A stretch of DNA of 64,000 bases, taken from the human T2T-CHM13v2.0 reference genome, Homo sapiens. The stretch is taken from NCBI RefSeq assembly GCF_009914755.1, contig NC_060929.1. One strand, written 5' to 3'. This document shows, piece by piece, positions 55,035 to 64,000 of the stretch. The notes beneath the pieces were generated by a model. It ran no database searches. It was given only the letters and a program-made list of their open reading frames with translations, and had not been told where the DNA came from. Within the stretch, counting starts at the first letter, position 1. Each line of letters starts with the position of its first letter. The position numbers and the translations under genes were made by a program.

Positions 55035-55342
55035 CACATACACATACAAACATATACACACACATATATAAATTTGTTTCATCAAATTTATGTGTATATA
55101 CACACATATATACACACATATATATACACATATATAAAGAAGGGGGAAAGTAAAAATAAGCAAGTTTTATTTGATGAAACAAATTTATCTATATATGTGT
55201 GTATATGTTTATAAATTTATCTATATATGTGTATGTATATGTGTGTGTATATATGTACATATATATGTACATATATACATACACATATATATACATACAC
55301 ATATATGTATATACACATATATACACACATATATATACATAC
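55035..55342. repeat. Compound (TA/CA/TG)n microsatellite containing an inverted duplication
   Basis: Visible dinucleotide tracts and inverted arms 55048-55087 / 55169-55210. Confidence 0.9.
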
Positions 55343-55425
55343 TCTTCTTGTGTTCTTAAAATAAGTCATAGAAACAGAATAACACTACCTTTTCATGTCT
55401 ATCTAAAAACATTTGCTGAATATTC

Positions 55426-55734
55426 TTTTTTTTTTTTTTTTGAGACAGAGTCTCACACTCTCGCCCAGGCTGGAGTGCAGCGGCGCTCTGCTCACTGCAA
55501 GCTCTGCCTCCCGGGTTCGCACCATTCTCCTGCCTCACCCTCCCGAGTAGCTGGGATGACAGGCTCCCGCCACCACGCCCAGCTAATTTTTTTTTTTTTT
55601 TTTTTTTTGTATTTTTAGTAGAGACGGGGTTTCACCATGTTAGCTAGGATGGTCTTGATCTCTTGACCTTGTGATCCGCCTGCCTAAGCCTCCCAAAGTG
55701 CTGGGATTACAGGCACGAGCCACCGTGCCTGGCC
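55426..55734 (-). mobile_element. AluY-like with expanded middle A tract
   Basis: gcaagctctgcctcccgggttcgcaccattctcc diagnostics; long T run at 55587-55608. Confidence 0.93.
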
Positions 55735-56189
55735 TAAAGATTCTTATTCTTGGCAAAGCACCTTTGTCAGGCTTTTAAATGGCTAATTTGGAGAGCTAAT
55801 ACACATTCTCCAACAACTAAAACTTTCATTACATCAATTTTAATATTTGCATATAAAGAAATAGAGAGCAAATAGGTTAAATTTTCTCTACAATAAGCTG
55901 CCAAAAAATTAGAGGGAACAAGTTATTCCAAAGACAGTAAAATTAAGGGTTTTCTTATTTTTAAAAATTAGCTCCTTTTGGATTTTAGAGAGAAAAAAAT
56001 ACACTCAATAAACTTGTGGTATCAATATTTTATGAACTGTAATGGAAGATGCACATTGGCCTTCATTCATTGGTTCATTCATTTACATTCTGTCAGTCTT
56101 TGTACCCTGTTGTGTTCCAAAAAGGTGTGTTGAGGTGTGTCAAACCCATATAATGAGCCATTTCTTCAATATTTATGGCGAGGAAAAGT

Positions 56190-56600
56190 GTGCCTTCTCT
56201 CATGATTCACATTGGTCTCCTTGCTCTTCCTTGAACACGACAGGCATGCTCCCACCTCAGGGTCTTTGCCCTTGGAAAATTCACATCCTCTTCCTGGATA
56301 TCCACATGGCTCACTCACTTGCCTGTGGGTCTTTGAGACATTCCTTGACTGAGCAATTTAAAAATGTCCATGCTGCCTCAAGTCATGCTATATTTTCCTT
56401 AACTTCCCAACCCCCTCTTCTGCTTTCTTGATTCCATAGTACTTCACATCACTTAACATATTAAATATTCCACTTCTTTTTAAAAACAGTTTGTTTAAAT
56501 TCCAGGAGGGCGAAGATTTTTTGCCTGGTTTGTTCACTGCTGGTTTCCTTTGGAAATATTTGTGTCTAGCACATAAATATTTGTCCAATGAATGAGTGAG
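56190..56600 (+). mobile_element. L2 3' end
   Basis: ttccttgaacacgacaggcatgctcccacctcagggtctttg...ataaatatttgtccaatgaatgagtga. Confidence 0.8.
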
Positions 56601-58460
56601 TGCACATGTAAAATATATTCTCTATTACCATGAAATTATCAAACTGTGATATTGACAGACAGAGTGGGATTGGCAGCTTTTAATAGGAAACATCTTGGAG
56701 AACAAGTTTCAGCACTATAAGGCATCCATTTTCAGCCTTTCAAGCAAATGAGATTCTGCCTGTGAGAATGGGCCTAAAGCCCCCTCCTTTTGTCATCGTA
56801 CACAGAGGCACTCTCATCCAAGACAGAACACTCAGCTTTGACAGAGAGGGCCATGGCATTGTGTGGCCATTTCTGGAGTTGATGATCAAACAGCGAGACC
56901 TTTCAGCGATCAGCTGAAAAAAAAGGAGCCAACATTACATACCTGCCAGCCAGGCTGCCCAAGGTCAGAGCCACGTAGGACACCCTTAGGAAATAGTGGA
57001 CCATGCCAGATCTGTTTCCTTAGGTGCCCTGGTCACCAAGTGTTCCTTAATAAAGAGAAATTAAAGGCTAACATACCATTCTTTGAAGCCTTCTAATTTT
57101 AGGTATTTTAAGGCCTTGATTACCACCTATTTCATAGAGTTATATGATAAATAATGGAAGTAAAAAGCACATCAAGATGGCCAGTACTTATTGTGGCTAT
57201 CATTTTATTATATAAAACCTTGTATATAATATGTCAGAAAGAGTCGTGAAAAACCTTGAAAGGGAAAAAATAAAAACTAAAAAGAAAAGTTGCTGGATGT
57301 TTTATCTAACGCCCCTTTCCAGATAATCTGTGAATTTCAGCGTCTTTAAGCCATTTTACAACTCTGTAAGTTATACAAAACTGTAGTAATGCAAATTATC
57401 CTTGTCCACAAAAATGCAAATGAACTTTCCCCTACAGAGTTACAACTGACTCATACCCTGTGGATATTGATCAGTTCTGCGTCTGTTAACAAATTTGTCT
57501 CAGCATTTTTAATTGCCCATAAATGTGTCTGCTCTTTGGATTCCCCTCTGAATAGGTTGTGACTTATCACCAATTCCCTTATTATTTATATTTAATAGTT
57601 TAAACAAAATCTTTGATGTGTTCATTTTCTATTTTTATGAAGATGATTTTATCCTTTCAAATATATTATTTAACAAATATATAGCTACTGTTATAGGCTA
57701 TAGATTCAGTCATAAGCAGCAAGTCATTTTATTGTTTTCATCCACTTTCTAGGTATGTGTGTTTCTTTTAATAAATATGCAGAGTGCATATTCAGGTGTT
57801 AATTTGTGTTCATAAAATTGCTTAAAACTCAATTTAAATATTTTGGAAAATGGTGGGAGAGGAAGTGAAATAGATACAGTGGTGGAGAATATCAAAGGAA
57901 GGAAGAATGTAAAAAACTAAGATTGTGAAAGACCTGATGTGCTAGACTCCAGAGTTTGGATTTGGTTCTGAAACTTCCAAATTCCATTTGAGGTTTTAGG
58001 GGAGGCTAACCCTAAGGACACTGTTGCAGAACTTTTTATCAATTTAAGGATATCACAGCTCTGTCTAGTGCTGTCCTGTTACATTTTTTTTTCCAAGCGG
58101 ATCAGGCCCCATGGATGTGGTTAAGTTATTTATAATGTAAAGCCTGTTACATGTTGCCCACTGGCAAGAGAAAAGCTCACCAGTACTTTTTCCCTCCTGA
58201 CTTCAAGTGAATGACTGATATCCTATAATTAATGGGGATAGATTTTTCTTGGGATAAAAAAAAGAAAGTTGAATTGTGTAGACTGGACGGCCTTGATGGA
58301 GTTAAGATTCAGGTGCCCAGAGTGGGCAACCAAAGACTGGGCTATTCCAGAACTATTTCATTAGCTGCCCTGGTCAACAACTGTTCCTTCGTTAAGAGAA
58401 ACTAAAGACTGATATAACCCTTTGAAGATTTATAATTTTTATATTTTAAGGTCTTAATAC

Positions 58461-59350
58461 TGTCAATGAAAAGGAGTCAAGCTCTGTAATGTATTTACAC
58501 AGGTTCATTCTGAGGGAAATATGAGCGACCAAGGTCCAAGGCATAGTCTCAAGAGGTCCTGAGAACATATGCCTGAGGTGGCTGGGTTATAGCCTGATTT
58601 CTATACATTTTAAGGGGACAGAAATTATAGGCAGAGACATAAATCAATACGTGTTAGGTATATATTGGTTTGGCCCAGAAAGGCAGGACCTCTCACAGTG
58701 GAGGATTCCAGGTCAAATGTAGATTTAAAGATTTCCTGATGGCAACTGGTTGAAAGGGTTAAGCTCTGCCTGAAGAGTTGAAATCAGTAGAAAGAAATGT
58801 TTGTAGTTAAGATAAAGGGGACTATGGAAACCAAGGTCCTTGTTATGTAGATGAAACCTCCCGGTAACAGGCTTCAGAGAATAGATTGTAAATATCTCTT
58901 ACCGGGCCCTGGAAGGTGCCAGACTTTTAGTTAAATCTCTCCTGGATCAGGAAAAGACCCAGAAAGGAAAGGGAATTACCTATAGAATGTAGATTTTCCC
59001 CACAAAAGACAGCTTTGCAAGGCCGTTTCAAAATACGTTATAAAAATATATTTTGGGATAAAAAATTTCATTTTCTTTCAGGGCTTGCTATCTGCTATGT
59101 GATTTTATACTAGAGTCAGGTTGGAGTTTGGTATCTTATTGCTACAAAGTCTGTTTTTTCAGTCTTAAGATCTCTGTTTTAATGTTAATGCTGGTCAGTT
59201 GTGTCTCAATTCCAAAGAGGAGGATAAAATGAGGCAAGCCCTCCTTCACATCATGGCCTGAACTAGTTTTTCAGGTTTACTTTGGAATGCCCTTGAGAGA
59301 GGAATCCATTTAATCAGTTTAGGAGCTTAGAATTGTGTTTTTGGTTTACA
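58461..59350 (-). mobile_element. MER4-family (ERV1) solo LTR
   Basis: TG...CA termini (tgtcaatgaaaaggagtcaa ... cttagaattgtgtttttggtttaca); flanks aatac / actac. Confidence 0.85.
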
Positions 59351-59963
59351 ACTACTGTATAGAGTTGTATGATAATTAAAATAAGACAATTTGAGTCACT
59401 ATAGTAGCTAGCCCCTATTGTGGCTATTATTTATTTAGCCACATCCCTTACCATCACTCCTTAGAGAATTGTGTCCTTACAAGTTTTTTCTCTATTTGAG
59501 TATATCACATGTTACACAAACAAGGTAAAAACACATGGTTTATAAAGAAAAACAAAGATCTCGAAATACTTGCCATAAATTAGTTTTACAAAGTTCCACC
59601 AGAGTCAGGATACTCCATTAAATTCCTACAGTCCACAGTGCAGGGAAGTCCCTAGGCCCAGGATACAATCGCTCCTGATTTTGAGGGCATGTATCCAAAC
59701 ACATGGCCTACTGAAAACAAATGCATTTTAATCTCAATGACTCTCTAAGATTAAGGCTTTGAAATGACTTTACTATTCTTAAAATCATGGCATTTTCCCT
59801 CCTTGCACCAGGTTGAGGGATGGCCCTTCTGACCCTGCTGGCCCTAGGCAGTCCCTCCTCCATGGGGTGCAGACTTGGCTCATGATCATGGTGACCCCTC
59901 ACCACCACGAGGCCAGCCCAGAGCCCACCAGTTCTGGACTCCTCCCTAAGCAAGGCAGAATAA

Positions 59964-60366
59964 TGTGGTAGGCAGGATAATGGCCCCCAAAGATATCTGC
60001 TTCCTCATCCCTAGAACCTATAAATATTACCTTATATGGGAAAAGAAACTTGGCAGATGTGAGAAAGTTAAGGATCTTAAAATGAGGAGGTTATTCTGGA
60101 TTATCTGAGTGAGCTCTAAATGCAATTACAAGTACCCTTTAAAAGGAAGGCAGAAGAGTCAGAGAAAGAGATGTGATGGTGGAGGCAGAGATTGGAGTGA
60201 TGCAACCACAATCCAAGGAATGCCAGCAGCTGCCAGAAGGTGGAAGAAGCAAGAAACAGTTTCTCCCTTAGAGACTCCGGAAGGAGTATGGCCCTACTAA
60301 CAGCCTGAGTTTGGACTTCTAGCTTCCTGCAACTTTGAGACAATAACTTTCTGTTGTTTTAAGCCA
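59964..60366 (+). mobile_element. MLT1C/D-like LTR lacking U5, followed by an A-rich tail
   Basis: tgtggtaggcaggataatggcccccaaagat ... caataactttctgttgttttaagcca, then A-rich sequence 60366-60410. Confidence 0.88.
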
Positions 60367-61069
60367 AAATAAATAAAACACATTAAATAACAAACAAACA
60401 AACAAATAATGATTTTGAAATGGGTAGATGTGTTTTTTGGCTATTAATAAAATCATCCATGTGTTTTAGTTCAATAGAAGTGATTTGAATGGAATCTGAA
60501 ATGGAAAGCAGATGGCAAACTCCACATGATTTAAAGTCACCAGGAGCTTCTGCAGTGGTAACCCCTTGAATGCATTAGGCCTGGGGCATCTAGCTTAAAT
60601 GATTCTAAACTCCCAGTTTCAACACACCAAGGTTCAATCACTACAGCTGTCATGCATTTTGCTTACTTTATGGCAGAACTCTAGAAACATGAACATCTGC
60701 CTTTACAGAAGTTGGCAACATAAACAACATGCTATGTAGGAACATGAAAAGGTAGCAAGATGATCCATTGGCAAGTAAAAACAAGGAAGACACAGAGTGC
60801 CTGGCATCTTCTTGAAGTAATGAGGTTAAAAGAATCTTCTAGGAAGAGAAGAATGTGGGCTGTGTCCATTCAAGTTTCTTCCTGCTCATAGGCACGTTTT
60901 CCAGTTGAGATAGCTCACCAATGGGAGGTATAATGAGATAAGCAGCCAGAAACTGGGTCATAGTGCCTTGACTTAAATACATACTTCAGTCTTTAAACTT
61001 GAACCCTGTCTAATTCTACCATGTGAAAAACTTGAAAGCTAGCTCTGTAGATTCTAGTGTAAATCAATC

Positions 61070-61300
61070 CAATGATAACAGTAACTAACATTTACTTAAC
61101 ACTTTCATCCCTTTTCTCCTATAGATCTCTCAACAACCCCATGAGATAAATACTTATTATCTGCAATTTGTAGCTGAGGTTACTGATGTTTTGGGAACTT
61201 AAGTAATTTGTCCAAAGTAGTCACAACACTTGAGAAGTAATAGAATTGAAATTTAAGCCCAGGCAGCCCAATTCCAGACCCCATAGCTTGATCACTATTG
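61070..61300 (-). mobile_element. MIR
   Basis: ctcaacaaccccatgagataaatacttattatc...ttaagtaatttgtccaaagt...tttaagcccaggcag. Confidence 0.75.
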
Positions 61301-61377
61301 CCTAATTCCACTGGATTTGGGGGAAATGTAACCACCAGATGTTGTAAAAACAGACCTAAACACTAAAAAAATGCTCA

Positions 61378-61686
<309 letters not shown>

Positions 61687-61889
61687 AAAAAATGCTCAGT
61701 GGGATAAATCACATATATTAAATACAAGGCAAAGAACACATAATACATCCTTGAAAATCTCCTTTCCCCCCCTCATTCATTTAAGGGCTATAGTTTAACA
61801 GAAAACGCACAGTAAGAAAGAATCCAGTCTGCATGCTTCAACCAAAATCATCCCAGTAAGTGCTCAGAATTCTCACCAGCAGCGTTTAA

Positions 61890-62440
61890 ATATAGTAGCT
61901 TGATACTACCAGTTAACTTGCTGAAAATAAGCCACTGTCCCAAGGACTTTACATACGTTAATACATTAAGTATTCATAAAGTCCCTGTGGAGCAGGCATT
62001 CTTAGTATTCCCATTTTACAGATGAGACACTTGAGGTACAGAACTCATACAAGCAGTTAGGGGCATGGCTTGGATTTGAAACTCCTAGGCTGACTCTAAA
62101 GTCTACATATTACACTATTCTGCTGTGCTCCCTTTTAAGAATATGGAGTGCTGTCTGTTTTACCCTATACATGTTATTAACAACAGTTTTTCACAGCCAA
62201 TTGGATGCTCAATATTTACATCTGTGTGTATAGCTCTTCTGAGTATTTGCAAAGAAGTTTCACATACCATATGTTATTTGATAACAATATTTCTATAAGG
62301 AAGGCAGTGCTGTTGCCAGAGTCCCTGTTTCACAGATGAGAAAAACAGAAAGCCAGAGGGACTAAGTCATTTGTCTGAGGTTACACAATTCAGAAAGGCA
62401 AGAATGAGAATTAGAAACCAAGCCTTTTTGCTCCTTGTTG
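61890..62440 (-). mobile_element. Two MIR fragments
   Basis: cccattttacagatgagacacttgagg (62010) and ctgtttcacagatgagaaaaacagaaagccagagg (62325). Confidence 0.7.
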
Positions 62441-63664
62441 ATGGCATCATATTATTTGAATGTGGTTAACAACAATATAGCGGTGTTTTGGAGTTCACAT
62501 ATGTTTAGTTTTTAGAGCAGGCTTTCAGCTACCATATTTCTGCATCAAGGGTACTGCCTCATTGCCAATAGCTGGAGCAAGAAATCTGTATACATGATTG
62601 ATTGTAGAGATCCATTACACACCCAAAGTGTCTTGGTCCTAAGTTAAGAGCATACTCTATGGGTGACTTACAGATATATGAAAAAAAGGTGGGTCTGTTT
62701 ACTGGTTTAGTGTCTAGTTCTTTTATAAACAGGAAAATGTTTCCTAAATTCCAGTCATTCACCTACCCACCTTTGTGATTTTGCCTTATCAATGTATCAC
62801 CTGTGCAAGTTTATGCAATATACTTTTTCAGTAGATTTGATAATTTCATTTAGCCTAAGCAATAAAATATGAAACTACAGGTTTGATATATGAGTTATAT
62901 TTTTTCAAATATGCAATAAAATAAATACAAAATGATAACCTAAAGCCATGTCTCAAGGAATAAGGAGAAGTTTAAGGTGGACTGTCAAGGAGAGCTTGGC
63001 AGTAAGGATCGTACCAGTGAATTCAAGGGTTCTGGCTATGAATGTTGATTTGCCCAGATATTAATAAAGAAAGCTTCTTTTCTTCTTGAAAAGTTTAATG
63101 AGATGGAGGGAAAGTTTCAGTTGTTCATGGCTTAATATAGAACTATGATGGGAATTCATTAAGACAGTCAGAAGCAAACAGTTCAGAGGTGGTAAAACAG
63201 TACATAGGCACAAAATTTATTCTTAGATAAAGGGCAAGAGACTCTAAGATTTTGCCAATCCTTTTGTCTTTTGGTGCAGTGGGGAGGGGATACTGGTTGC
63301 TGGATTTCCAGAGAGATGTTGGATTTTTCCACGAGTATTTGAGGGCCATAATATAACCCTCTCTTACGCTTCCCTCCCAACTTCCATCTCACATTTATAG
63401 TTAAGCATGATTCTTATTTGAATTATAGACACAAACTGCATCAGATACACAAGTGGGGGATTTTCAAGGATGGAAACAGCATTATTTAATTTAGTTTAAT
63501 TTAACCATTGCAATAACCTCCTATCGTTGTACTGTCATCTGCATTTTGAAAATGGAAAAATAGGCTAACAAATTTTGTAACTTGCTCTTAGCTAGAAAAT
63601 GGTAGAGTTGTGATTTAAATCTACATCTCTGGAATTGATTTAAAGATGGCCACAAAATCTTTTC

Positions 63665-64000
63665 TACTCCTTCCATCAAGGGGTGAAGTCTAATTTTCCT
63701 TTTTTGGATTAGGCTAGACTTAGTGACTTTAAAATCTTTAGTGGATTAGGCTAGACTTAGTGATGAATAGAATCCAGTGGAAGTTATGTTCTGGAATTTC
63801 TGAGCCTGAGTCATACAAAAGTATTGTAGCTTCTGCTTGGGATTCTGGAAAAACTTGCTCTCTGGACATGCCCTCTCAGGATATTTCCCAGTGGAAGTCA
63901 GCCACCATGCTTTGAGGATGCCCAAGTGGCCCCATGGAGAGGCTCATAGGGAGATTGATTGAGGTCCCCAGTGGGCAGTCCTGGCTGAACTTCCAACAGC
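63665..64000 (+). mobile_element. MLT1G/H-like LTR running off the window
   Basis: ctccttccatcaaggggtgaagtcta...cagccaccatgctttgaggatgcccaag...catggagaggc. Confidence 0.75.

Noticed and set aside
53736-55618. Several 100-156-aa ORFs
   Set aside because: They derive from L2, MIR, TA microsatellite and Alu sequence.

Overview
Primate genomic DNA, probably hominoid or human, since it carries AluY/AluYe, THE1 and L1PA elements. It is AT-rich and lacks a CpG island. I find no supportable host protein-coding gene, tRNA, rRNA or CRISPR array, so it is intergenic or deep intronic. Roughly half is interspersed repeat: one decayed full-length L1PA13-16-class LINE-1 (44.8-51.5 kb), several truncated L1s (two with twin-priming inversions), about 11 Alus, many MaLR/ERV solo LTRs (including a triple-nested MLT1>MST>THE1), MIR/L2 relics and hAT MITEs (MER33, MER3, MER53). 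The ORFs in the track are L1/Alu/LTR fragments or chance frames. I found no convincing new biological system. The best leads are: a probable L1 3' transduction; an LTR ending in a poly(A)-like tail at its own cleavage site; a candidate RFX-driven minus-strand first exon with a nearby hairpin exon; a duplication-built DR5/ETS cluster; a miR-1302-like MER53 hairpin; and several inverted or templated duplications. Subfamily names are recalled from consensus sequences and need RepeatMasker/Dfam confirmation. Boundaries without TSDs are approximate.
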